From NCBI GenBank assembly GCA_030834165.1, contig JAURFU010000002.1:58609-122608 (forward strand): 64,000 nt of DNA, given 5' to 3'. A program made the translations under genes and the position numbers. Position 1 is the first letter of the stretch. The number at the start of each line of letters is the position of its first letter. The notes beneath the pieces are model-generated. The model worked only from the letters and a program-made list of their open reading frames with translations. It did no database searches and was not told the DNA's origin. Origin of the DNA: Verrucomicrobiota bacterium (GTDB lineage Bacteria > Verrucomicrobiota > Verrucomicrobiia > Opitutales > UBA953). Positions 1 to 8,283 of the stretch are shown here, piece after piece.

Positions 1-1
1 C

Positions 2-523
2 GGACGCAAGTGGCTGCTCTGGGAAGGCGGCATCCGCGTCACCTGGCTGGCGCAATGGAAAGGCCGCATCCCCGCCGGCCGCGTCCTCGAGACACCCGTC
101 ATCCAGCTCGACATCCTGCCCACCGCCCTCGCCGCCGCCGGCGGCACGCCGCAGTCCGAGTGGAAGCTCGACGGCACGAATCTCCTCCCGCTGCTCGAGG
201 GCAAGGCCGACAAGCTCGACCGCGATACGCTCTATTGGCGCTTCGGCGTCCAGTATGCCGTCCGCCAGGGCGACTGGAAACTCGTCAAGGCCGGACTGAA
301 TCAACCCGTCCAGCTCTTCAACCTCAAGGAGGACCGCAACGAGAAGGATGACCTCGCGGCGAAACAGCCCGAGAAGGTCAAGTCGCTGCAAGCGCTCTGG
401 GACGCGTGGAACGCCGGCAACCTTCCGCCACGCTGGGAAGACCCGCGCTGGAACGACGGCAACAACAAGAACGATCCGGAAGCGGCCAAGAAAAAGGCCG
501 CCAAAAAGAAGGCCGCCAAATAA
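2..523 (+). CDS. Sulfatase, C-terminal fragment (5' end lies upstream of the window)
   Basis: Frame 2 is open from the window edge to TAA 521-523; it is absent from the ORF track because it has no start. The translation RKWLLWEGGIRV...LDILPT...DGTNLLPLLEG...YWRF...RQGDWKLV...LFNLKEDRNEKDDLA looks like the conserved C-terminal half of type I sulfatases. It ends in a Lys/Ala tail AAKKKAAKKKAAK. Confidence 0.85.
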   Translation, partial: GRKWLLWEGGIRVTWLAQWKGRIPAGRVLETPVIQLDILPTALAAAGGTPQSEWKLDGTNLLPLLEGKADKLDRDTLYWRFGVQYAVRQGDWKLVKAGLNQPVQLFNLKEDRNEKDDLAAKQPEKVKSLQALWDAWNAGNLPPRWEDPRWNDGNNKNDPEAAKKKAAKKKAAK

Positions 524-548
524 TCCGCACCCCACCCCTCTTCAGCCC

Positions 549-2447
549 ATGCGCCTCCTCGCCCTGCTCCTCGCTCCGCTCGCGGCCGTCGCCGCCGAGA
601 AGCCCAACGTCATCTTCATCCTCGCCGACGACCTTGGCGCGCATGACCTGCGTTGCACGGGCAGCACGTTCTACGAGACGCCCAACCTCGATCGCCTCGC
701 CCGACGAGGGACGCGCTTCACGCAAGCCTACGCCGCCAGCCCGCTCTGCTCACCCACGCGTTCGAGCATCCTCGTCGGCCAATATCCGGCGCGCATCGGG
801 ATCACGTCGCCGGTGTGCCATCTGCCGGCGGTGCAGCTCGAGAAACGCCTCGAGAACGGCAACCCCAACGCCCGACTGCTCGTCGCCAACAGCCTGACGC
901 GCCTGCAGACGGATTACTTCACGCTGGCCGAAGCCTTCAAGGAAGCCGGTTACGCGACCGCCCATTTCGGCAAATGGCACCTCGGCCATAACCTGAAGCC
1001 CGGTGAACGCTACGAACCGAAAGACCAGGGCTTCGACCTCGACTTCCCGCACACCCCGAGCGCGCCCGGCCCCGGCGGCGGCTACCTCGCCCCGTGGAAG
1101 TTCATCAAGGACCCCGCGATCACCGACGACGCCGGCGTGAACATCGAAGACCGCATGTCCCGGGAGGCCGCGAAATACATCGCCGCCCACAAGGGGAAGC
1201 CTTTCTACCTCAACTACTGGGCCTTCTCGGTCCACTCCCCTTGGAACGCCCGGGCGGATTACATCGATTACTTCAAGGCCAAGGCCGACCCGAAGAACCC
1301 GCAGCACAACCCGCTCTACGCCGCGATGGTGAAGTCCCTCGACGACGGTATCGGCCGGCTCCTGCAGGCCGTCGACGACGCCGGCGTCGCCGACGACACG
1401 ATCATCGTCTTCACCTCGGACAACGGCGGCTACGCTTATCCGCCCAAGAAGACGGAACCCGAAGGCTACGCCGACATCCCCGCCACGAGCAACCACCCGC
1501 TGCGCAGCGGCAAGGCTTCGCTCTACGAGGGCGGCACCCGCGAACCCTTCCTTTTCGTCTGGCCGGGCAAGGCCAGGGCCGGCGCCACCAGCGACATCCT
1601 CTTCCAGTCGGTCGACTTCTACCCGACGCTGCTCTCGCTCGCCGGACTGAAGCCACGCGCCGGACTGCAGCTCGACGGACACGACCAATCGAAGGCCCTG
1701 CTCGGCGGCGACTCTCCGCGCGACCGCGTGTTCTGCCACTTCCCGCACGGCAACGCCACGCGCGATTCCGTCATGGATGGGTTTTACGCCGGCACCTACG
1801 TCCGCAAGGGAGACTGGAAACTCATCCGCTTCTACGCGCGCAATGACGACGGCTCCGATGACCTCGAGCTCTACGATCTGAAGAACGACCTAGGGGAACG
1901 CCGCAACCTCGCCAAAGAGAAGCCCGAACTCGCGCAGGAACTCAACGGGCTCATCACCGGCTTCCTCAAGGACACCGGCGCCGTCATCCCGAAAGCGAAC
2001 CCCAACTTCGGCAAGAACCTCGCCAAGGCCGCCGCGCCGAAGAAGGCTCCCGCACCGGACGATCTCCCCGGTGGCTGGAAGAACCGAGCCGGCAAGGCAA
2101 CGGTCGTCGACGGCGCCCTGCACGTCGAATCCAAGGGCGATGGCTCTTTCATCGGCGTCGGCGCCGGTCTGGGCGTCGGCCCGGCCAAACTGTCCTTCCG
2201 GATCCGCGCCCCGCAGGCCGGCGAAGGCAAGGTCACCCTGCTGGCTTCCGCCGGCGGCGCCGAGATGCTGTCCGTGCCCTACCGGACCTCCGGCGAAGCC
2301 TCCTGGCAGACCATCACCGTGGACCTGAACGCCAAGCAAACGGCTGGCATCCTGCGCCTCTATCTGCCCGCCGGTTCCGCGGCGGTCGACCTCGATGACA
2401 TCGTCCTGACCCCGGCCCAAGGCTCGGCCCGGCGCTGGGAGTTCTGA
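549..2447 (+). CDS. Secreted Cys-type sulfatase with extra C-terminal beta-sandwich-like domain
   Basis: In-frame ATG 549 inside track ORF 348..2447 gives the signal peptide MRLLALLLAPLAAVAA, then PNVIFILADDLG and CSPTRSS (C-x-P-x-R formylglycine motif), GKWHLG and TSDNGG. The last ~150 aa (from ~nt 1990) are non-sulfatase (GALHVESKGDGSF...VDLDDIVLTP). Confidence 0.9.
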   Translation: MRLLALLLAPLAAVAAEKPNVIFILADDLGAHDLRCTGSTFYETPNLDRLARRGTRFTQAYAASPLCSPTRSSILVGQYPARIGITSPVCHLPAVQLEKRLENGNPNARLLVANSLTRLQTDYFTLAEAFKEAGYATAHFGKWHLGHNLKPGERYEPKDQGFDLDFPHTPSAPGPGGGYLAPWKFIKDPAITDDAGVNIEDRMSREAAKYIAAHKGKPFYLNYWAFSVHSPWNARADYIDYFKAKADPKNPQHNPLYAAMVKSLDDGIGRLLQAVDDAGVADDTIIVFTSDNGGYAYPPKKTEPEGYADIPATSNHPLRSGKASLYEGGTREPFLFVWPGKARAGATSDILFQSVDFYPTLLSLAGLKPRAGLQLDGHDQSKALLGGDSPRDRVFCHFPHGNATRDSVMDGFYAGTYVRKGDWKLIRFYARNDDGSDDLELYDLKNDLGERRNLAKEKPELAQELNGLITGFLKDTGAVIPKANPNFGKNLAKAAAPKKAPAPDDLPGGWKNRAGKATVVDGALHVESKGDGSFIGVGAGLGVGPAKLSFRIRAPQAGEGKVTLLASAGGAEMLSVPYRTSGEASWQTITVDLNAKQTAGILRLYLPAGSAAVDLDDIVLTPAQGSARRWEF

Positions 2448-2586
2448 CCTAACTCGTCCCTCGGGCAGGTAGCATTTTACACCCAGACGGGGGAACAACC
2501 CGCCCGGAAGTCCTATCTTATGTCGTGTTTGCCCTAATCCGGCTTCCCCTCTCCGTTTAACTGTCTTTATTCAGACCACCCCTCTC

Positions 2587-5500
2587 ATGCGTAAGCCCTT
2601 CCTGGCTCTCCTCCCGTTCGTCTGCTCCGCGGCTTTCGCGGCGAACGACGTGCAGTTCAACCGCGATATCCGCCCCCTCCTCGCGGACAACTGCTTCCAC
2701 TGCCACGGCCCGGACCCCGGCACCCGCAAGGCCGGCCTGCGTCTCGACACCGAAGCCGGCTTCTTCGCGCCTCGCGCCGACAAGAGCGGCAAGGAAGAGC
2801 CCCCGACCATCATCAAGGGAAAGCCCGACCAGAGCACCCTCTACCAGCGCCTGCTTTCCAAGGACGAGGATGAGATCATGCCTCCGCCGGAAACGCATAA
2901 GACCTTGAAGCCCGATCAGATCGCCCTCGTGCGACGCTGGATCGAACAAGGCGCGCCTTGGCAGCCGCACTGGTCGCTCGTCGCCCCGCAGAAGTTCCCT
3001 CTGCCCAAGACCTCCGATGACGCCTGGGCGAAGAACCCGGTCGACCGCTTCGTCCGCGCCAAGCTCGACGACGCCGGCCTGAAGCCCGCCCCCGAGGCGG
3101 ACGCCGCCGCGCTCATCCGGCGCATCAGCCTCGACGTAACCGGCCTGCCGCCCTCCCCGGCCCTGCTTGCCAAGCACCTGCCCAAGGACGGCGCCCGCCT
3201 CTCCGACACGCAGCTCTCCGCGCTCATCGACGAACTCATGGCCCTGCCGGCCTACGGGGAGCACCGCGCCCGCTACTGGCTCGACGCCGCGCGCTACGCC
3301 GATTCGCACGGGCTCCACTTCGACGCCTACCGCGAGATGTGGCCCTACCGCGACTGGGTCGTGAAGGCCTTCAACGACAACCTCTCCTTCGACAAGTTCA
3401 CCGTCTGGCAGCTCGCCGGGGACCTGCTCCCGGATCCGACGGAAGAACAACGCATCGCCACCGGGCTGCAGCGCTGCAACGTGACCACCAACGAAGGCGG
3501 CACGATCGTCGAGGAGAACCTCGCCAACTACGCCGCCGACCGCGTGCAGACGATGGGCTGGGTCTACCTCGGGCTGACCACCAACTGCGCCCAGTGCCAC
3601 GACCACAAGTTCGATCCGTTCACCCAGAAGGACTTCTACTCGATGGCCGCCTTCTTCCGGAACACCTCCCAGGGAGGCCTCGACGGCAACGTGAAGGACG
3701 GCCGCGGGCCGGTGATCTACCTGCCGGCCGCCGCCGATCGTCCGCGCTGGAACGCGCTGCCCGCCGAGATCGCCGCCGCCAACCGGCAGCTCGCCGAAGC
3801 CCGGAAGACGGGTACGCCGCTCTTCGACCAGTGGATCGCCGCCGCCAAGCCGGCCGACCTTGATGCGGACATCCCGGCGAAGGGACTGATCGCACGCCTT
3901 GCCCTGAACGAGGGCAAGGGCATCCCCGCCGGGACCCAAGCGGCCGGCGAGCCGGTCGCCTGGAAGAAGGACGGCAAGGGCGGCCCCGCCCCGAGCTTCA
4001 AGAAGGGCTCCCACCTCGTCATCGGCGACGCCGGCGACTTCGGCACCAAGCAGGCCTTCAGCGTCGGCGCCTGGACGCGCGTCGAAAAGGCCAACGGCTC
4101 CGGCACGATCCTCGCCCGCATGGACGACGCCAAGGGCTCTCAAGGGTGGTCCCTCTTCCAGTCCGGCAAGAACTTCGGCGTCTACGTGATCAGTAAGTGG
4201 CCGGACGACGCCATCAAGGTCACGACCTCCCGCAACCCGGTGCGCGCCGGAGCGTGGCAGCATGTCTTCATGACCTACGACGGCAGCGGCAAGGCTTCCG
4301 GCGTGAAGATCTACGTCGACGGCGTGGCCATGGAGACCCGCGCCGAGGTCGATAAGCTCAAGACCGACACCAAGGCCGCGACGCCCACCCGCCTCGGGCA
4401 GCGCAGCCGCGGCGAACCTCTGCAGGGCGACATCCAGGAAGCCTTCCTCTATGCCCGCGCCCTCGCGCCGAACGAAGTGGCCACGCTGTCGAAGCTTGCG
4501 CCATTGCGCGCGATGCTCGCCGGCAAGCCCGGGCCGAAGCAGAAGGACGCCCTCCGCGACCACTTCCTCTCGAACCGTCACGAACCCTCCAAGGTCGCGA
4601 ACGCGCTCGTCGCGAAGCTCACCGCCGAGCAGACCATGATCCGCGCCCGCAGCCCGCTGACGCACGTCCAGGAAGAGAAGATGGATGGCCCGGCGATGGC
4701 CAACATCCTCATCCGCGGCGCCTATGACAAGAAGGGCGACGCCGTCCCGGCGGAGATCCCCTCCGCGCTCGGCAAGCTCCCGACCGGCGCCCCGCGCAAC
4801 CGCCTCGGTCTGGCCCGCTGGATCGTCAGCGAAGCCAATCCGCTCACGGCCCGCGTGACGGTCAACCGCATGTGGCAGGAGCTCTTCGGCACGGGTCTGG
4901 TCAAGACCTCCGAAGACTTCGGCATCATGGGCAGCCTCCCCTCCCACCCCGAGCTCCTCGACTGGCTGGCGATCGACTTCCGTGAACACGGCTGGGATGT
5001 GAAGCGCTTCTACAAGCAGCTCCTCCTCAGCGCGACCTACCGTCAGGCCGCGCTCATCACCAAGGAGAAGATCGACAAGGACCGCGACAACGCCCTGCTC
5101 AGCCGCGGACCGCGCTTCCGCATGGACGCCGAGATGCTCCGCGACCAGGCGCTCGCCGCCAGCGGCACGCTCTCGCCCCGCATGGGCGGCCCGGGCACCA
5201 AGCCCTACCAGCCCGAGAACATCTGGGAAGTCGTCGGCGTCGGCATCCAGGTCTACCGACCGGACACCGGCGAGAACCTGTATCGCCGCTCGCTCTACAA
5301 CTACTGGCGCCGGATGGCTCCGCCCGCGAGCCTCGACCTCTTCAACGCCCCCTCGCGCGAGGTCGCCTGCGTGCGCCGCGACCGGACCAACACGCCGCTC
5401 CAGGCGCTCGTGATGCTCAACGACCCGCAGTATGTCGAAGCCTCCCGCATCCTCGCCCAGCGCACCCTGAAGGGCGCAGGCGACGACCGCGCCCGCCTGC

Positions 5501-5733
5501 ACGCCGCCGCCGAGCGCGTGCTCTGCCGCCCGCTCAAGCCAGCCGAGACCGCGGTCCTCGCCGACAGCCTGGCGAAGATGCGCAAGCACTACGTCGCCCA
5601 GCCCGCCGACGCCGCCGCCCTCCTCGGAGTCGGCGACGCGAAGTCCGACGACCAGGTCCCTAAGACCGAACTGGCCGCCTGGACGATGGTCTGCAGCCAG
5701 CTCCTCAACCTCGACGAAACCCTTAACAAATAA
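2587..5733 (+). CDS. PSCyt1/DUF1549(PSCyt2)/DUF1553(PSD1)-type heme-c protein with internal LamG-like insertion
   Basis: 1048-aa ORF with a signal peptide. It has the heme-c site CFHCH at 2692-2706 in the typical context FNRDIRPLLADNCFHCHGPD and the DUF1549-like block RRISLDVTGLPPS...RYWLDAARYADSHG...YRDWVV. The central part is LamG-like (FSVGAWTRV...WQHVFMTYDGSG...IYVDG). The DUF1553-like C-terminus includes LTTNCAQCHDHKFDP...NRMWQELFG...DFG. Confidence 0.9.
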   Translation: MRKPFLALLPFVCSAAFAANDVQFNRDIRPLLADNCFHCHGPDPGTRKAGLRLDTEAGFFAPRADKSGKEEPPTIIKGKPDQSTLYQRLLSKDEDEIMPPPETHKTLKPDQIALVRRWIEQGAPWQPHWSLVAPQKFPLPKTSDDAWAKNPVDRFVRAKLDDAGLKPAPEADAAALIRRISLDVTGLPPSPALLAKHLPKDGARLSDTQLSALIDELMALPAYGEHRARYWLDAARYADSHGLHFDAYREMWPYRDWVVKAFNDNLSFDKFTVWQLAGDLLPDPTEEQRIATGLQRCNVTTNEGGTIVEENLANYAADRVQTMGWVYLGLTTNCAQCHDHKFDPFTQKDFYSMAAFFRNTSQGGLDGNVKDGRGPVIYLPAAADRPRWNALPAEIAAANRQLAEARKTGTPLFDQWIAAAKPADLDADIPAKGLIARLALNEGKGIPAGTQAAGEPVAWKKDGKGGPAPSFKKGSHLVIGDAGDFGTKQAFSVGAWTRVEKANGSGTILARMDDAKGSQGWSLFQSGKNFGVYVISKWPDDAIKVTTSRNPVRAGAWQHVFMTYDGSGKASGVKIYVDGVAMETRAEVDKLKTDTKAATPTRLGQRSRGEPLQGDIQEAFLYARALAPNEVATLSKLAPLRAMLAGKPGPKQKDALRDHFLSNRHEPSKVANALVAKLTAEQTMIRARSPLTHVQEEKMDGPAMANILIRGAYDKKGDAVPAEIPSALGKLPTGAPRNRLGLARWIVSEANPLTARVTVNRMWQELFGTGLVKTSEDFGIMGSLPSHPELLDWLAIDFREHGWDVKRFYKQLLLSATYRQAALITKEKIDKDRDNALLSRGPRFRMDAEMLRDQALAASGTLSPRMGGPGTKPYQPENIWEVVGVGIQVYRPDTGENLYRRSLYNYWRRMAPPASLDLFNAPSREVACVRRDRTNTPLQALVMLNDPQYVEASRILAQRTLKGAGDDRARLHAAAERVLCRPLKPAETAVLADSLAKMRKHYVAQPADAAALLGVGDAKSDDQVPKTELAAWTMVCSQLLNLDETLNK

Positions 5734-5737
5734 TCCC

Positions 5738-7183
5738 ATGTCCATCCTCCACGAGTGGAACGCCCTCCAGACCCGCCGCCGCTTCCTCGGCACGGGCGCC
5801 AACGTCCTCGGCGCGGCCGCGCTGAGCAGCCTGCTCGGCCCCTCCCTCGCGCACGCCGCCCCGGGCGCGATCAAGCCGCAGCACCTGCCCAAGGCCAAGC
5901 GCGTCATCTACCTCCACATGGTCGGCGGCCCCGCCCAGATGGACCTCTTCGACTACAAACCGAAGATGAAGGAGATGTACGACAAGGACCTGCCCGCGAG
6001 CATCCGCAACGGCCAGCGCCTCACCACGATGACCAGCGGCCAGGCCCGCTTCCCCATCGCGCCGTCGAAGTATAACTTCTCGCAGTTCGGCCAGTGCGGC
6101 ATGTGGCTCAATTCCGACCTGCTCCCGAACCTCGGCAAGCACGCCGACGAGATCTGCTGGATGCGCTCGCTCAACACCGAGGCGATCAACCACGAGCCCG
6201 CCATCTGCGCCATGCAGACCGGCAACCAGATCACCGGCCGCCCCTGCCTCGGCTCCTGGGCCTCCTACGGCCTCGGCTCCGAGAACGACAACCTGCCGAA
6301 CTTCGTGGTCCTCATCGCGACCCCGAGCAACCGCGAGCAGGAACAGGCCATCTCCAGCCGCCTCTGGTCCAGCGGCTACCTGCCGGGCGAGCACGCGGGC
6401 GTGTCCTTCCGCAGCAAGGGCGATCCGATCCTCTTCATCAACAACCCTCCCGGCGTGCCCGACGACCTGCGCAAGCAGACCATCGACGGCATCAACCAGC
6501 TCAACCGCCTCAACTACGAGGCCGTGGGCGATCCCGAGACGCACACGCGCATCAAGCAGTATGAGATGGCCTTCCGCATGCAGGCCAGCGTGCCCGACCT
6601 CACCGACCTCACCAAGGAGCCCGAACACGTCTTCAAGCTCTACGGCGAGGAAGCCCGCAAGCGCGGCAGCTTCGCCAACAGCGTGCTGATGGCTCGACGC
6701 CTCGTCGAACGCGGTGTCCGCTTCGTCCAGATCTACCATAACAACTGGGACCACCACTCCAACGTCAATGGTCGCATGCCCAGCCAGTGCAAGGACATCG
6801 ACCAGCCCTGCCACGCCCTCATCGAGGACCTCAAGCAGCGCGGTATGTTCGAGGACACCCTCATCGTCTGGGGCGGAGAATTCGGCCGCACGATCTACAG
6901 CCAGGGCGGGCTCTCCAAGGAGAACTACGGCCGCGACCACCATCCGCGCTGCTTCTCGATGTGGATGGCCGGCGGCGGCGCCAAGGGTGGCCAGATCTAC
7001 GGCGAGACCGACGAGTTCAGCTACAACATCGTCAAGGATCCTCTCCCGATCAACGACTTCCACGCGACGGTGCTCCACCTCCTCGGCTACGACCACGAAC
7101 GCTTCACGTACAAGTATCAAGGTCTGGACCAGAAGCTCACCGGCGTGCTCCCGACCAAGGTCGTCAAAGCGTTGGTAGCATAA
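5738..7183 (+). CDS. DUF1501 family protein, Tat-exported (alkaline-phosphatase/sulfatase-like fold, function unknown)
   Basis: The start lies 4 nt after the stop of the previous gene. It has a twin-arginine signal (QTRRRFLGTGANVLGAAALSSL) and family-typical blocks VIYLHMVGGPAQMDLFDYKP, NWDHHSN, WGGEFGRT and GRDHHP. Confidence 0.9.
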   Translation: MSILHEWNALQTRRRFLGTGANVLGAAALSSLLGPSLAHAAPGAIKPQHLPKAKRVIYLHMVGGPAQMDLFDYKPKMKEMYDKDLPASIRNGQRLTTMTSGQARFPIAPSKYNFSQFGQCGMWLNSDLLPNLGKHADEICWMRSLNTEAINHEPAICAMQTGNQITGRPCLGSWASYGLGSENDNLPNFVVLIATPSNREQEQAISSRLWSSGYLPGEHAGVSFRSKGDPILFINNPPGVPDDLRKQTIDGINQLNRLNYEAVGDPETHTRIKQYEMAFRMQASVPDLTDLTKEPEHVFKLYGEEARKRGSFANSVLMARRLVERGVRFVQIYHNNWDHHSNVNGRMPSQCKDIDQPCHALIEDLKQRGMFEDTLIVWGGEFGRTIYSQGGLSKENYGRDHHPRCFSMWMAGGGAKGGQIYGETDEFSYNIVKDPLPINDFHATVLHLLGYDHERFTYKYQGLDQKLTGVLPTKVVKALVA

Positions 7184-7216
7184 CAGGGGTAGGGACGGCA
7201 CCACGTGCTGTCCTAA

Positions 7217-7455
7217 GGTGCAAAAGTGCAAATAGGCCTGCGGCCTGTGCAAAGGTGCAAAGGTGGCGTGTGAGTTTCGAGTATTGAGGATGGAGTATCG
7301 GGGAAACGCTTGCCTTGGGTAGGGTTGAGCGACCTCGCTCAACCGTGGCTGACCGAGACGGTCAGCCCTACCTCCGAGACGCGGAAATGCTTTCCTCCCC
7401 CCTGCCCCTACCCCCACCCCTATCTTTCCACCTTTGCACTTTTGCACCTTTGCAC
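7217..7455. repeat. Composite inverted-repeat element: inverted arrays of GTGCAAAG-type octamers flanking nested hairpins and a C-tract
   Basis: The left array has GTGCAAAA GTGCAAAT (7219-7234), the hairpin AGGCC-TGC-GGCCT, then GTGCAAAG GTGCAAAG GTGG (7247-7266). The right array is CCAC CTTTGCAC TTTTGCAC CTTTGCAC (7428-7455). Positions 7217-7232 are the exact reverse complement of 7433-7448 (16/16), and 7247-7266 matches 7428-7447 at 19/20. The core has hairpins GTTGAGCG-ACCT-CGCTCAAC (7324-7343) and GGCTGACCG-AGA-CGGTCAGCC (7347-7367). Confidence 0.8.
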
Positions 7456-7490
7456 TGTATCTTCCCTCCCTCACCCCCACGCCCTTCTCC

Positions 7491-8279
7491 ATGCAGACCC
7501 TTAGTCGCTCCCTCTGGCCAACCGGCCAACCGGCCAACTGGCCAACCCTGCTTCTCTGCCTCCTCGCCCTCCCCCTCGCGGCCGCGGACGACGCCACTTG
7601 GCTGCAGACCAAGGGCACCCTGATCTTCCACGACGCCTTCGAGCGCGAAGAGACCGGCACGGGGCTCAAGGACATCGGCAACGGCTGGGAAAGCGCCACG
7701 GCCGACCGCGTCCCTAAGCTCAAGCAGGCCGACCTCGACGCCGGCATCATGAAGATCGCCAGCGCGACGAAGGAAGCCGGCCATGCCGCCCACATCCACC
7801 ACGACGCCGGGTTCGCCGACGGCGGCGTGATCGTGCGCTTCAAGTTCCCCGGACTGAACAAGGCGGAGAACCTCGTGGCAGGTTTCGTCGACCGCTCGCT
7901 CAAGGACGTCCACGCCGGACACCTCTGCTACGCCACCCTGTCGCAGACCGACGTGAACCTCTCCGACCGCAAGACGGGCTCGATGAATCTGGCCATCAAG
8001 AAAAAGCGGGCGGACGACGCCGCTGCCAAGAAGAAGCCCGACCCGCAGCTCGAAGCCCTGCTCAAGAAGAAATCACAGACCACTCCTTGGAAAGCCGACC
8101 AGGAATGGCATGTGTTCACGTTGGTCACCGAAGGCGACGAGATGCGCTTCAGCCTCGATGGCAAGCTCATCGCCAGCCACCGCTCGGAGGGCTACGCCCA
8201 CGACCCCAAGCGCTGGTTCAGTTTCCTCGCGAACTCGACCGTCTGGATCGACGACGTGAAGATCTACAAGGTGCGTTGA
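7491..8279 (+). CDS. Secreted concanavalin/LamG-fold protein (DUF1080-like), function unknown
   Basis: I chose ATG 7491 over the TTG 7434 track start, which lies inside the repeat element. It has the signal peptide ...WPTLLLCLLALPLAAADD. The C-terminus (EWHVFTLVTEGDEMRFSLDGKLI...WIDDVKIYKV) is typical of DUF1080/LamG beta-sandwiches. It contains a Lys-rich insert KKKRADDAAAKKKPDPQLEALLKKK. Confidence 0.7.
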   Translation: MQTLSRSLWPTGQPANWPTLLLCLLALPLAAADDATWLQTKGTLIFHDAFEREETGTGLKDIGNGWESATADRVPKLKQADLDAGIMKIASATKEAGHAAHIHHDAGFADGGVIVRFKFPGLNKAENLVAGFVDRSLKDVHAGHLCYATLSQTDVNLSDRKTGSMNLAIKKKRADDAAAKKKPDPQLEALLKKKSQTTPWKADQEWHVFTLVTEGDEMRFSLDGKLIASHRSEGYAHDPKRWFSFLANSTVWIDDVKIYKVR

Positions 8280-8283
8280 ACCC

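Noticed and set aside
348-548. N-terminal extensions offered by the ORF track: 348, 7434, 12471, 17138, 22366, 27202, 34346, 36286, 38340, 50959 and 52600.
   Set aside because: The extensions overlap the preceding gene or repeat elements, often start at TTG/GTG, and are Arg/Pro-rich. In each case an in-frame ATG directly precedes a canonical signal peptide and was chosen instead.
2557-5907. Very long minus-strand ORF (1116 aa) antisense to the PSCyt gene. Similar cases are 5723..7903, 32897..35356, 46352..48361 and 60808..62781.
   Set aside because: These are typical high-GC shadow ORFs. The translations are Arg/Gly/Ala/Val-rich low complexity with no motifs, whereas the + strand frames carry signal peptides and many family-specific blocks.
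7318-7372. A tRNA-like cloverleaf impression: the GGTAGGG...CCCTACC closing stem with two internal hairpins.
   Set aside because: It is only ~55 nt long. The loops are 3-4 nt, so there is no 7-nt anticodon loop. There is no T-loop GTTCRANYC and no D-arm. It is not a tRNA.
7217-7455. TGCAC/TTGCA repeats considered as sigma-54 (-24 TGGCAC / -12 TTGCA) promoter elements.
   Set aside because: No GG-N10-GC spacing can be fitted. The motif is simply the repeating octamer, present in both orientations.
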